IMG/VR virus record: IMGVR_UViG_3300023179_000009
Coordinates: 186,001 to 250,000 of that record
DNA: 64,000 bases
Strand: one strand, 5' to 3'
In this document: piece by piece, positions 10,055 to 19,575 of the stretch
Numbering within the stretch: position 1 is the stretch's first letter
How the letters are laid out: the number at the start of each line of letters is the position of its first letter
Program-made: the position numbers and the translations under genes
Notes under the pieces: generated by a model
Database searches by the model: none
What the model was told of the DNA's origin: nothing
What the model saw: the letters and a program-made list of their open reading frames with translations, nothing else

Positions 10055-10409
10055 CCACCAGACCCTTCACAAGAATGAATTGAAATTGAATTATTTTTGC
10101 TACGATCCTAAATGGCCTCACGGAATTCCTAGAAGTGAGCCACCATACACTTACGACTACGTTAAAGATTTAAGGTATGTTTTTTTAAACCAAAATTTTT
10201 TTAAAAACAAATTTCCAGAAGGTAAAAATCGATTAAAAAATGCTTTTACGTCTGATGGAAAAGTTATTTACCAAGTTCAGTTTAACGATAAATTGACAAC
10301 AGTTTATCAGATTAGTTTTCATAAAACTGAAGAAAAAATTGATGATTTCTTGGATTGGCTCAATCAACAAATAAAATTTTCAAACAAAATAAGCGAAAAC
10401 ACAAAATGA
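10047..10409 (+). CDS. hypothetical protein
   Basis: ORF track. Confidence 0.55.
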   Translation: MRNHQTLHKNELKLNYFCYDPKWPHGIPRSEPPYTYDYVKDLRYVFLNQNFFKNKFPEGKNRLKNAFTSDGKVIYQVQFNDKLTTVYQISFHKTEEKIDDFLDWLNQQIKFSNKISENTK

Positions 10410-10642
10410 CTAAAGAAGAGCAAATCGAATATGTAAAGTCTGGAAAGCCATATCGAACAACCGATGGAAAAGTTTTTCAAAATGGAATTCGGTTATCTTT
10501 GCATAAAGGTTTTTGGTGGCTTGATGTTGGTTGTGCAGTTGCCCCAGAAGGTCAAGAAAAAAATCTTCCTTTGATTGATTTAGATGTTTTTCCTAAAATT
10601 ACTCCTAATTGGATTTTTGTGGGTGGAAAGAAGAAGTCTTGA
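10406..10642 (+). CDS. hypothetical protein
   Basis: ATGA overlap with previous gene. Confidence 0.55.
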   Translation: MTKEEQIEYVKSGKPYRTTDGKVFQNGIRLSLHKGFWWLDVGCAVAPEGQEKNLPLIDLDVFPKITPNWIFVGGKKKS

Positions 10643-10667
10643 TTTTTTTAGTTAAAAATTATATGAT
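10639..10667 (+). promoter_or_regulatory. sigma70-like promoter upstream of candidate sRNA
   Basis: TTGATT-17 nt-TATGAT. Confidence 0.55.
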
Positions 10668-10673
10668 AAAATC

Positions 10674-10765
10674 CGACAGGCAGAGATTTGCCGTATCTCG
10701 TGGCTAGGTGTGGGCAAACCTGAACATTTTTGGTGTCACAGAAACCACGGGCGACCTGTTTTTTT
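10674..10765 (+). ncRNA. candidate structured RNA (multi-stem, loop-loop pseudoknot), family not recognised
   Basis: GC-rich intergenic island. Stems ACAGG/CCTGT, GAGAT/ATCTC, CGTGG/CCACG, AGGT/ACCT; loops TTGCC and GGCAA are complementary; ends in T7. Confidence 0.5.
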
Positions 10766-10777
10766 AGAAAGTAAATT

Positions 10778-11068
10778 GTGATTGAAAAACAAGTACCTCT
10801 ATACGAACTTCTGGCATCTGTGCCGGAAGACCACCGGTTGGTCATCCATGGGGAAGGAAATTTTCCGTCCAGCACCAGCATTCCAGTGGGGCGACTGTGC
10901 CATGAGGCATCAAAGGAGTTAGAAAAACAATTTGAACTCCGCTGTGTCGTCAGACGACTCTTGGACGATGTGAATGCCCGACACCCGGACAAGAACCCTA
11001 AAAAGTGGAACTGTCCTCACATGCAGGCTTTGGATGACATGACAAGGATAAAAAATGAAAATGATTGA
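10778..11068 (+). CDS. hypothetical protein (GC-richer than flanks)
   Basis: ORF track. Confidence 0.6.
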   Translation: MIEKQVPLYELLASVPEDHRLVIHGEGNFPSSTSIPVGRLCHEASKELEKQFELRCVVRRLLDDVNARHPDKNPKKWNCPHMQALDDMTRIKNEND

Positions 11069-11318
11069 AGTCTATCTGTGTGATAGATGCGAAAAGATGA
11101 TAATGCCTACGCCAAACGACAAATCTCCCCCTAATGGATTTGTCGTCGAGGGCAACATATACGTTGCAGAAAAAAGATTGGGCGGTCTTATTGGTTGCAA
11201 TTTTCAAAAAGCTGACAAGGATGGCGTAATTAACATCAAAGAAATTGGGAAAAATTGCTTTTGTAGAGATTGTTTTTTGAAAGTTTTGCACATCGAAACT
11301 ATAGGAATTAGATCATGA
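11055..11318 (+). CDS. hypothetical zinc-ribbon protein
   Basis: CDRC...CRDC. Confidence 0.6.
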   Translation: MKMIEVYLCDRCEKMIMPTPNDKSPPNGFVVEGNIYVAEKRLGGLIGCNFQKADKDGVINIKEIGKNCFCRDCFLKVLHIETIGIRS

Positions 11319-11518
11319 ACAAAACAAAAGATTTAGTGACTTATTATGTTTGTTACGACAAAAACGCTCCAAAGCCTATGAGTAAATGGATCTGTGTCAG
11401 AACCAGCAAAGATGGAGAAATTGTCGGTTATTTCAATCCAGACTTCAGCACCGCTGGGTTAAGTGCATTAGATTATATCACAAACAACACAAAGCAAATT
11501 GAGCAGACCGATGACTGA
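11315..11518 (+). CDS. hypothetical protein
   Basis: Coupled ORF. Confidence 0.5.
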   Translation: MNKTKDLVTYYVCYDKNAPKPMSKWICVRTSKDGEIVGYFNPDFSTAGLSALDYITNNTKQIEQTDD

Positions 11519-12278
11519 TTTAAATCAATACACCGTCGAAGTTGAAAAAGTGCCAACTAAACCGGGTTGTTGGGATTATTTAAATGTTAAAATACTTTAC
11601 GAAGGAAAACAAATAGGTTCTTATCAAAGAAACTATTCTAGTTTTTTTGATACATTTTGTCCTTTTGAACAAAATGGCAAGATTTATGCCCTGTATTCTA
11701 AAGATTATACCGGAACAAGAGTCATGAGTCTGCCTGATTGTGTAGATATTTGTGGCGAAGAAAGAGATGGGTGTGGATTTTGTCCAATAGAGTTTTACGT
11801 TCCAAAAGAAGGTAAGGGACAGTATGGATTTGTTTCTGGGTGTGTTTGGGGCGATGACCACAGCGACAAATTGCAATTTTTAGATTTGGGTCAAATTGAA
11901 CAAGGCATATTTAAAAGAGAAGATAGATTTGGATACATCGAACTGCCATCAAGTTTACAATTAAAAGACTGTGTTAGGATTGGTGGTTGCGATGAAAAAG
12001 ACCCAATAGATGTTTGGGTTAATATAATAGAAGAAAAGCACTATAGACTTAATGATACTAGAGAAAATATAGCCTGGATTAAATTAGTTGACGAATTGGT
12101 CATAGGCAACCAAATGGTTAAACTAATTGATTATTTGAATAAAAAATATTGCAAAAAGTGTGGGTATTATCTTGAATCAAGAACGTATTTTAAGGACGTT
12201 GTAAAAGAAGATGGATCCAAAGAGAGGATAAAGTGTAATTTTGAAAATGATGAATTGGCGTGTAAGTGTAGTGAATAA
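11511..12278 (+). CDS. hypothetical protein
   Basis: 255 aa ORF, GCVWGDD motif. Confidence 0.7.
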   Translation: MTDLNQYTVEVEKVPTKPGCWDYLNVKILYEGKQIGSYQRNYSSFFDTFCPFEQNGKIYALYSKDYTGTRVMSLPDCVDICGEERDGCGFCPIEFYVPKEGKGQYGFVSGCVWGDDHSDKLQFLDLGQIEQGIFKREDRFGYIELPSSLQLKDCVRIGGCDEKDPIDVWVNIIEEKHYRLNDTRENIAWIKLVDELVIGNQMVKLIDYLNKKYCKKCGYYLESRTYFKDVVKEDGSKERIKCNFENDELACKCSE

Positions 12279-12372
12279 AATCAACTACCAACAACAAAAC
12301 AAAAAGTCTTAAGTGTTCTTTAGAAAACAAACCATTCTTAAGACTCAATCATCAAACACATGGGCGAAATCA

Positions 12373-12564
12373 ATGGCAAGGATCTATGCCACAACCGAAG
12401 ACGGACGGTGTGTACTGCATGAGATTCAATGCGATTCCTGCGGAGTAAAAATTAAGCCCGGAAGCGATGTCTATGGTTGGCTTGTTGTAGGCTCAGACAA
12501 CGGGCCGGGAACCGATAAAACAAGGCTGTACTACTGCCATGAATGCCGCAACAAGATCGTATAA
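12373..12564 (+). CDS. small zinc-ribbon protein
   Basis: CDSC...CHEC. Confidence 0.55.
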   Translation: MARIYATTEDGRCVLHEIQCDSCGVKIKPGSDVYGWLVVGSDNGPGTDKTRLYYCHECRNKIV

Positions 12565-12590
12565 TGCCGAACAAATGAAAAGGAAAAGAA

Positions 12591-12866
12591 ATGAAATTAA
12601 AAAAAGACGAAATGATTCAGAGTGTGGTCATTACGTTTAACGATGGATCTACGGCTACTTTTAGTGGCCCAGCGGTTTGTTTTAAGGGTGAGAAAAAGAA
12701 AATATTAGACATAAGTTTCACTGAACCCAAGGCTCTTCCTAAAGATTGCAGTTGGAACATTACCGAAGGCGACTCGCTTTCAAATGTAAAAAAACAAAAT
12801 GGAAGACCTATGCCTAAAGGGCCACCACCACCGTTGAAAGTAAAAAATGAAACCCGAAGCAATTAA
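12591..12866 (+). CDS. hypothetical protein
   Basis: AAGGA SD. Confidence 0.6.
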   Translation: MKLKKDEMIQSVVITFNDGSTATFSGPAVCFKGEKKKILDISFTEPKALPKDCSWNITEGDSLSNVKKQNGRPMPKGPPPPLKVKNETRSN

Positions 12867-13041
12867 AAAATTAGTTTTAATTTATTCGTTCGCTTTATTT
12901 TTCATAATATCCTGCTATTTCCAGCAAACATCACTCTGTTTACTTTTTGCAGGGTTTATATTAGGATTTTTAGCTAACGAGTCTTTTTTTGTAAATGATC
13001 ACAATCATCGAAATGATGTCTTTCCCCTTGAGGATAACTAA
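12847..13041 (+). CDS. small membrane protein
   Basis: Two hydrophobic segments. Confidence 0.5.
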   Translation: MKPEAIKKLVLIYSFALFFIISCYFQQTSLCLLFAGFILGFLANESFFVNDHNHRNDVFPLEDN

Positions 13042-13042
13042 A

Positions 13043-13297
13043 ATGAATGTCGGCAAAGAACTAGTTCATAGACTAAAGCATGTTAATGAAATGATTGAAG
13101 CAGGTAATCCAAAAACGTGGGTTGAATATTTTAAGCCCAAAACAATTTTTAGTGGCAAAATTTACGGCAAAGAGAACAGTCAGTGTTTGCACGATAATTG
13201 TTCTATGTGCGATGGAACTGGAATAAGAAAAGATGGCTTGGGTGCGTGTATCCACATGATGAGTTGCTCTTGCCGAAAATGCAAATTAAATGATTAA
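13043..13297 (+). CDS. Cys-rich hypothetical protein
   Basis: CLHDNCSMCDGTG...CIHMMSCSCRKC. Confidence 0.6.
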   Translation: MNVGKELVHRLKHVNEMIEAGNPKTWVEYFKPKTIFSGKIYGKENSQCLHDNCSMCDGTGIRKDGLGACIHMMSCSCRKCKLND

Positions 13298-13559
13298 AAA
13301 ATACAGAGTGATCAAAAAAGACAACCAATACGGTTTTCATGTTGTGTTTTTTGACGAAAAAGACAGTATTCTTAGAATAGAAGAGGATCCTCTTTTTTCT
13401 GGCGAAGGACTTTTGGGTCTTTTGCGAGAATGGGAGAAAGTGCAAGAAGCGTGGGGTGAATCGGTGGTGAACTTTCACACCTACGAAGAAGATCATTCAC
13501 ATAACTCTTTAAATAAAACTAATTGGGAGAAAGCGGTCACTAGGATTTCCGAAACATGA
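13290..13559 (+). CDS. hypothetical protein
   Basis: Coupled ORF. Confidence 0.6.
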   Translation: MIKKYRVIKKDNQYGFHVVFFDEKDSILRIEEDPLFSGEGLLGLLREWEKVQEAWGESVVNFHTYEEDHSHNSLNKTNWEKAVTRISET

Positions 13560-13822
13560 TCCAACCGCAAGAAAAACACACAACTGAATCGAATCAAACA
13601 ATGAGATTAAAAATGTTTGTAACCGAGAGAGATTGGCCTTTTTTTGTTTTTTGTTCTTTTCTTTTTATGGTCGGCATGATTTTAGGAGTCCAAGCAGAAA
13701 AATTCGCAACACACGAATTCAAAAAAGAAGCAGTTAAAAATAATGCTGCACGCTGGGTCGTTGACGAAGAAGGCAATACAAAGTTTGAATGGAACTCACC
13801 AATAGAAAAGGAAACAAAATGA
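13556..13822 (+). CDS. hypothetical membrane protein
   Basis: One TM; KEAVKNNAARW...FEW motif. Confidence 0.6.
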   Translation: MIQPQEKHTTESNQTMRLKMFVTERDWPFFVFCSFLFMVGMILGVQAEKFATHEFKKEAVKNNAARWVVDEEGNTKFEWNSPIEKETK

Positions 13823-14025
13823 GTGACGACAAGCTATACAAATTAATTATTTTAAAAATTATGATCATCATTATGATCGCATTATTCATAATGACCTTTA
13901 ATTCATATAAGATAAGTGAAGATGTAAAAAACATCAGATATGATGTTTATGAATTACGAGCCAGACACCAATGGCCTAATTTGTTTCCGCCATATCGACC
14001 AGAAAATGAAAGAACCCCAAAATGA
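13819..14025 (+). CDS. small membrane protein
   Basis: One TM helix, ATGA overlaps. Confidence 0.55.
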   Translation: MSDDKLYKLIILKIMIIIMIALFIMTFNSYKISEDVKNIRYDVYELRARHQWPNLFPPYRPENERTPK

Positions 14026-14489
14026 ACGAATACGAAACAATATTGCCTTCTCCGACAAATATTCGCAGAAAAGCTATCCAAGAGTCTGTGCAATTGTTTT
14101 TAACGTTGCTTGCACTTTTAGTAATGATTTTTTTTCTTGCTTATTGTGATTATGCGTGGCGAAACACAATGAATTCTGCTATATTTTGTCCCAATGATAT
14201 TAATCCGAACAATGTCGTGGAAAAATATCATGAATATCACTTAATTAAAGTTTTGGATAAAAACACAGATGAAATTAAGAGATCTTATGGTGAAAATTAC
14301 GATGTAAGACTAAGACTTTTAGGCAAAGACTCATTCGTGACTGAAGTATCTGTTTTGGAGGATTCTAAAAAATTACCCAAAACTGTTCTGGTGATGAATA
14401 AAATAGACTCTGATGAGTATTTGTATTTTGAAACAAGATATAAAAATTTTAATAAAAAAGACTGGGGATTAAAAAATGGAAACCCTTAA
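14022..14489 (+). CDS. hypothetical membrane-anchored protein
   Basis: One TM helix. Confidence 0.6.
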   Translation: MNEYETILPSPTNIRRKAIQESVQLFLTLLALLVMIFFLAYCDYAWRNTMNSAIFCPNDINPNNVVEKYHEYHLIKVLDKNTDEIKRSYGENYDVRLRLLGKDSFVTEVSVLEDSKKLPKTVLVMNKIDSDEYLYFETRYKNFNKKDWGLKNGNP

Positions 14490-15201
14490 CCTCGTTGACA
14501 AGTCAATACTCTGGATCCCGGTGACTGAACGTCTTCCAGAAGACGAATCCGATGTGCTTGTTGTGGTGCATCCGTGTTGGTCTACACAACCGTACCACGA
14601 GATCGGTCAGTGGAGAAAGGGCCGGTACTGGTGCGTGCCCGATGATGCCTCGCCGGTCACTCACTGGGCTCCTTTGCCTACAATTCCCGAACCACAAACG
14701 AATAAATATATAGAAAATATTATTTTGTATCTTAACCATATAGAAGGAGATAATTTAGAAAAATGTCTAAGCTTATTAAGGTTTTTTACGACCAACCATA
14801 GAGATGCACCAGGATCTTCAAATAATCATCAAGCATACAAATCAGGATATTACAAACATATTAATGATGTGCTTGATTATGCGTTGTTTTTATATAGTGA
14901 ATTATCATCAAGAGAACCACTGGATTTTAGTCTAGCCGATGCTATTTTAGTTTTATTTTTACACGATATAGAAAAGCCCATTAAATATTCTAAAGATTAT
15001 AATGGAATTAAAGATTCAGAAACTATTCGAAATAATCTTATCAAGCAATTCGATATACAATTGACCGAAGAACAAAACTTAGCAATAAAATATATTCATG
15101 GAGAAAATTTAGACTATAAAAAAAATGAAAGGGTCATGTCTCCCCTATGTGCTTTTTGCCACTGTTGCGATATAATCAGTGCGAGAATATTTTGTAATTA
15201 A
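14476..15201 (+). CDS. DUF551-like N-terminus fused to HD-domain phosphohydrolase
   Basis: WIPVTERLP...VTHWAPLP; then HQAY..GY..H, LHDIEK, HG, CD. Confidence 0.75.
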   Translation: METLNLVDKSILWIPVTERLPEDESDVLVVVHPCWSTQPYHEIGQWRKGRYWCVPDDASPVTHWAPLPTIPEPQTNKYIENIILYLNHIEGDNLEKCLSLLRFFTTNHRDAPGSSNNHQAYKSGYYKHINDVLDYALFLYSELSSREPLDFSLADAILVLFLHDIEKPIKYSKDYNGIKDSETIRNNLIKQFDIQLTEEQNLAIKYIHGENLDYKKNERVMSPLCAFCHCCDIISARIFCN

Positions 15202-15214
15202 AAAGGACTAGTCA

Positions 15215-15511
15215 ATGGGATATTTTGTAACTAAACATGGCGAATCTTGGCAAAATTGCTTAGATGCAGTTGTTGGAAACATACATTTGATTAAAACGGC
15301 TGGCGATATAGATTATGACTATTTATTTGATTTTGCAGAAGGGTATCTTAAAGAAGCAAAGCAAAAATATATTGAAAATAGAAAAAACTACGAGCGTTGT
15401 TTAAATTGTCAAAAATTTGTATTAAAAACAAACGCAATCAAGATAAATGACAGATATTTCTGTGACGACTACTGTTGTCTAAAATATAAACAGGAAGAGT
15501 TTGGAGAGTGA
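15215..15511 (+). CDS. hypothetical protein
   Basis: AAGGA SD; CLNC...FCDDYC. Confidence 0.6.
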   Translation: MGYFVTKHGESWQNCLDAVVGNIHLIKTAGDIDYDYLFDFAEGYLKEAKQKYIENRKNYERCLNCQKFVLKTNAIKINDRYFCDDYCCLKYKQEEFGE

Positions 15512-15517
15512 ATAACA

Positions 15518-15904
15518 TTGAAGAAAACACCTGATAAGAAAGATTTTTTCTTGGTTAATTTAATCAACAACAAAACCGATTGGTTTACGGTGACTATTTG
15601 TGCATTTTTTTTAACAATTTTTGTTGTATTTGTGGCTTCAATAGAATCACGCCAATCAATACTTAAAAAAATAGACCCTGAAAAAACATATACTATTGTT
15701 GATGTAACCGACAGTAGCGGGAAAAATTATCGAAATTTAATAGAATTGACCAAATACACCTTTAGAGATTATCATGGTAATGTTTACAATTTTAATGGAA
15801 ATTTCACAGCAATAACAAGACAAGTCACTGGAGAGCAACTTTTAAAGGAAGTTCAACAACTAGAAAAAAGTCATGGTCGTTTTCCAATTGAGTCAATATA
15901 TTAA
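15518..15904 (+). CDS. hypothetical membrane-anchored protein
   Basis: One TM helix. Confidence 0.55.
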   Translation: MKKTPDKKDFFLVNLINNKTDWFTVTICAFFLTIFVVFVASIESRQSILKKIDPEKTYTIVDVTDSSGKNYRNLIELTKYTFRDYHGNVYNFNGNFTAITRQVTGEQLLKEVQQLEKSHGRFPIESIY

Positions 15905-15905
15905 T

Positions 15906-16151
15906 ATGAAATTTTTTCTATTAACTATGGGCAGTTACTACTATCCCCAATCCGGTGATGGAGATTGGATAGGAACATTTTGCTCAAGAGAGGAAGCGAT
16001 AGATTCTTTCACGGTTATTGCTAAAGAATCCGGAACTTTTGATCTGAATGGGCTTCAATACAAAAAAGAACCAGAGATACAATATTTGCATATCGATACT
16101 AATAAAATATACGATTGGTATAATATCATTGATCTAAGAGAATGGATTTAA
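15906..16151 (+). CDS. hypothetical phage protein
   Basis: YYPQSGDGDWIG...DWYNIIDL. Confidence 0.6.
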   Translation: MKFFLLTMGSYYYPQSGDGDWIGTFCSREEAIDSFTVIAKESGTFDLNGLQYKKEPEIQYLHIDTNKIYDWYNIIDLREWI

Positions 16152-16152
16152 A

Positions 16153-16824
16153 ATGACATTTAAAAAATTTATTGATAGCGTTGATTATGAACATCAAGAG
16201 GAAAGTCTTCTTAAAAATAAACCTCGAAGATACGGCCAGATACTCATGCAAAAACTTCAGGAAATATGGCCTGATAAATATAACAGAACAATAGGAACAG
16301 AGAAGGATCCTTCTTTGGCTTTTGGCAAAGAGGATAATAAAATTATAAGAGACTTTTTGTACAATTTAGAAGCAGCATGGCCTGCCTGTCCCGTTAATTT
16401 GAATAAAGACCAAGTTCGTGTTCAACGACTAGAAAAGAAAATTAAGAAATTACAAAAAAGAAGTAAAAGTCAAAAAGAAAAATTAGATTTTTATCAAAAT
16501 CTTTTAGTTACATTTCCTTCTTTACAAGGATATAATGAATTAAGCAAAAGAAATTTTGAATATGCTAAAAAACTTAGCGAACTACAAGAACAAATAAAAG
16601 AAAAAAATTGGGCAATTAGAGGATTACGAGAGACATTAAATGTTGCTCTTATGATCAGCGACAAAGATTTTGAAATATTTGAAGATTTGCCCAGGCTAAT
16701 TGGCGATTCATTTGTTGCTGCACGGGATTCTGACGGCAAAGCAATCGAGGGCAAGCCTATAATTGAAAAGGCAGTTTGTATATTAAGATCCTTTAGGAAC
16801 AGGATCAAAGATGAAACAAAATAA
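16153..16824 (+). CDS. hypothetical protein, RYGQ domain + coiled coil
   Basis: N-terminal domain shared with 18809..19336. Confidence 0.65.
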   Translation: MTFKKFIDSVDYEHQEESLLKNKPRRYGQILMQKLQEIWPDKYNRTIGTEKDPSLAFGKEDNKIIRDFLYNLEAAWPACPVNLNKDQVRVQRLEKKIKKLQKRSKSQKEKLDFYQNLLVTFPSLQGYNELSKRNFEYAKKLSELQEQIKEKNWAIRGLRETLNVALMISDKDFEIFEDLPRLIGDSFVAARDSDGKAIEGKPIIEKAVCILRSFRNRIKDETK

Positions 16825-16996
16825 AAAATTAAGTTACAATGATTTCAAAGCCAAATACTTGGCAAAAATCCCACATGAAACAATCGCCCAACTAGAAAAA
16901 CTACACAGGATGAGCAATTTAGAAGAAATTATTGAACAAGATTCTTTAAATCAATACAATGATTATTTGAAAAGATTATCTACAAATGATAAATGA
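16811..16996 (+). CDS. hypothetical protein
   Basis: AGGA SD, coupled. Confidence 0.55.
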   Translation: MKQNKKLSYNDFKAKYLAKIPHETIAQLEKLHRMSNLEEIIEQDSLNQYNDYLKRLSTNDK

Positions 16997-17243
16997 ATTT
17001 GGGTACGACGAGGCAGATAGTATCGAAGACTTTTTTCAAAAAGTGGTTGTTTGGAAAAATGATATTAAACCATCAAAAATTGCGGTAGAAACGGCCAGAA
17101 AATTTGTAGAAACGATTCAAGAAAAGCCAAAATCTTTAAGTGTTTTTGAAGATACGATTATAATTGATTACAACCATAGTTTAATAGAAGTAAAAGATAA
17201 TGTTGGTGAGTTTTTGTACACAAAAATAAGCGGCGAAAATTAA
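16986..17243 (+). CDS. hypothetical protein
   Basis: ORF track. Confidence 0.55.
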   Translation: MINEFGYDEADSIEDFFQKVVVWKNDIKPSKIAVETARKFVETIQEKPKSLSVFEDTIIIDYNHSLIEVKDNVGEFLYTKISGEN

Positions 17244-17843
17244 ATGAATTACGAAGAAGCAAAACAAAAAGTTTTAAATTCTATTTGGAAAATTGATGTT
17301 TGCCATGTTGGTGAAGAATGTTGGTGTAGATCTATACGCCCAGCAGAAGACATAAAATACACCAGAAAATCTAACGGCGAATTAGATAATGTAGAATTTG
17401 TAATTCACGAAGCATCGATAGATGAAAAAACAGCAAAGTATATTGTTGAACTCCACAACAACTTTATTGAAAAAAAGCCATCAATATCTTTTGAAAATTT
17501 TAAAAAAATAAATCATGCTCATAATAATTATGATGAAGCGCAACAATATAGTTTGAATATTCTTTGGAAATTAGAATTTTGCAATGTTGGGGAAAAATGT
17601 TGGTGCAGACTAATACTTCCAACACAAAAAATAGAATATGTTCACAAATATAGTAGTGGCAACGAAACAGTTTGTGAACTTGATTGTATAGTCCCAGACG
17701 GGGCAATAGATAAAGATCTAGCAGAATATATTGTTAATCTTCACAATGAACGATTAAATAAATTATGTACCTGTCCGGTATTAGATGATCACAAGGTAAC
17801 TGGATCATCTTGTAAGATACACGGACTTCCTTTTTGTGAGTAA
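17244..17843 (+). CDS. hypothetical protein with internal tandem domain duplication
   Basis: Two copies of NY.EA....WK...C.VGE.CWCR.I.P...ID...A.YIV.LHN. Confidence 0.7.
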   Translation: MNYEEAKQKVLNSIWKIDVCHVGEECWCRSIRPAEDIKYTRKSNGELDNVEFVIHEASIDEKTAKYIVELHNNFIEKKPSISFENFKKINHAHNNYDEAQQYSLNILWKLEFCNVGEKCWCRLILPTQKIEYVHKYSSGNETVCELDCIVPDGAIDKDLAEYIVNLHNERLNKLCTCPVLDDHKVTGSSCKIHGLPFCE

Positions 17844-17848
17844 AAATA

Positions 17849-18199
17849 ATGGTAAAGAATCAACCTAGAACTTGGTTTATAGATTTCGATGGAACTCTTG
17901 TAACCCAACAAAGTCATATGCGTTCCGAAGATACTATTCTTTCGGGAACAAAACCTTTTTTCTCGGAGATTGTCAAAGAAGAAGATGTTGTGATAATCAC
18001 GACAGCAAGAACTTGCGATGACAAGGAAAGAATAGAAAACTTTTTAAAATCACACAACATTAGATTTGATTTGGTAATATGCGGTTTACCCACGGGAACC
18101 AGAATGTTAATCAACGACACCAAGACTGATGGTACTTTGACCGCATATGCTTATAATTTAGAAAGGGACAAGGGAATAGACGTTTCCTTATTTGCATGA
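17849..18199 (+). CDS. HAD-family phosphatase (PNKP 3'-phosphatase-like)
   Basis: IDFDGT, ITTAR, IND motifs. Confidence 0.8.
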   Translation: MVKNQPRTWFIDFDGTLVTQQSHMRSEDTILSGTKPFFSEIVKEEDVVIITTARTCDDKERIENFLKSHNIRFDLVICGLPTGTRMLINDTKTDGTLTAYAYNLERDKGIDVSLFA

Positions 18200-18792
18200 A
18201 AAACTTTAATGAATGGCTCAATGAAAGCAAAAATAATCAAATGATTACACAAGAAATGAAAGATCATTTTAAAAAAAGAACTAAATATCACATAAATTTA
18301 GTAGGTAAATTTTGCGACAAAATTGCCGAATATGATCCCGAAAGATTTGGTGAATTGAGAGAGCGAAAAAAAGTTCATGACGATAGCAAATTTGAAGAAC
18401 CAGAGTATACTCCTTACCTTTTTATTTCTTGGCAATACAAATGTAAAGATGAAAACCAAGAATTTAAAGTTCCTCAAGACATTTTAAACAAAATGTCAGA
18501 AGCCACCTTACATCATGTAACAAGCAACTCTCATCACCCTGAATATCATAGCCCAACAAAAACAGGGCTGATTAATAGAGAAAATCGTGACAAACCACCC
18601 AAAGAGATTGTAGACGCAACAAAAATGCCAGACATTGATATTGCAGAAATGTGTGCTGATTGGATGGGCATGTCAAAAGAGAAAGGCAGCAATCCAAAAG
18701 ATTGGGCAGATAAAAATGTCAATATAAGATGGAAGTTTACCGATAAACAAAAAGAATTAATTTATGAAATCATTAAAAATATTTGGGATTAA
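18196..18792 (+). CDS. HD-type DUF5662-like protein with capsid-targeting-like N-terminus
   Basis: HDDSKF, HHVTSNSHHPEYH, EMCADW; starts MKNFNEWLNE. Confidence 0.75.
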   Translation: MKNFNEWLNESKNNQMITQEMKDHFKKRTKYHINLVGKFCDKIAEYDPERFGELRERKKVHDDSKFEEPEYTPYLFISWQYKCKDENQEFKVPQDILNKMSEATLHHVTSNSHHPEYHSPTKTGLINRENRDKPPKEIVDATKMPDIDIAEMCADWMGMSKEKGSNPKDWADKNVNIRWKFTDKQKELIYEIIKNIWD

Positions 18793-18808
18793 AAAAGGAG
18801 ATTTAACA

Positions 18809-19336
18809 ATGATATCTTTCCCTGAATTTGTTGAAAAAGTAGATCAGATATACTATGGTCAAAAAATAAGTATTTCTAATAAAAAAAGTAATTTACGATA
18901 CGGTCAGGTTATTATGAATGTTTTATTTGATGCTTGGTTTGAAAAATACATAGAAATTAATGGGAGTAAATTAGATTGTTTTTACAATGAAGATATAGTA
19001 GATTTAGTTTTATCTAAGCTTGAATTAGATTGGCCAAATTCTTCAAGTAATATCCAGGATGTTTTAGAAGCAGAAAAAAGTTTTCACATGACAATTGATG
19101 AATTTTTAGAAAAAAATCCTCCGCTTCCATATAGACCCGGTACTTTTCACAATGAAGACATGGATGCTATAGAGGTTCATTTTAAAAATGAAAGTTTTTA
19201 CGTTCAGCCCTTGAACGAAGCCATAGAACTATACCTCTCTCATGAAACAGATGAGGTGGTGGGCTTGAATGTTTTAAAAATTAAAAAATTGCTTAGAGAA
19301 AAAATTTTGCCCTCTTTAGAAAATGAGAAAAAATGA
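18809..19336 (+). CDS. hypothetical protein, RYGQ domain
   Basis: AAGGAG SD; N-domain paralogous to 16153. Confidence 0.65.
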   Translation: MISFPEFVEKVDQIYYGQKISISNKKSNLRYGQVIMNVLFDAWFEKYIEINGSKLDCFYNEDIVDLVLSKLELDWPNSSSNIQDVLEAEKSFHMTIDEFLEKNPPLPYRPGTFHNEDMDAIEVHFKNESFYVQPLNEAIELYLSHETDEVVGLNVLKIKKLLREKILPSLENEKK

Positions 19337-19575
19337 AATCATATAGTTTGATAATTTTAGTTTTTTTGTCTATTTTTTTTGGATGTTCTAAATCAGATGT
19401 TGACTTTCAAGATGTAACATCCAACTATAAACTTCCCCCAGAGTTGAAAGGTGCTAAAATTTTTGTTCTAGGTGGCGGCTGGTCTGCGACAAAGCCTGTG
19501 TGGATTGTTGTTACTCCCAAAAACTCTGATTTTGAAGCAATAACAGAAGATAATACGGCGGAGATCGTTCCTTGA
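19333..19575 (+). CDS. putative lipoprotein
   Basis: Signal-like N-terminus ending FFGC. Confidence 0.55.
   Translation: MKSYSLIILVFLSIFFGCSKSDVDFQDVTSNYKLPPELKGAKIFVLGGGWSATKPVWIVVTPKNSDFEAITEDNTAEIVP

Noticed and set aside
10710-10746. c-di-GMP-I riboswitch (GGGCAAACC) or hammerhead (CTGA...GAAA) match
   Set aside because: Lacks the GNRA tetraloop/receptor and second GCAAA of GEMM, and lacks the CUGANGA core of hammerheads.
16153-18850. MTFKKFID and MISFPEFVE as capsid-targeting peptides
   Set aside because: They are the first helix of the shared RYGQ domain, not an appended tag.
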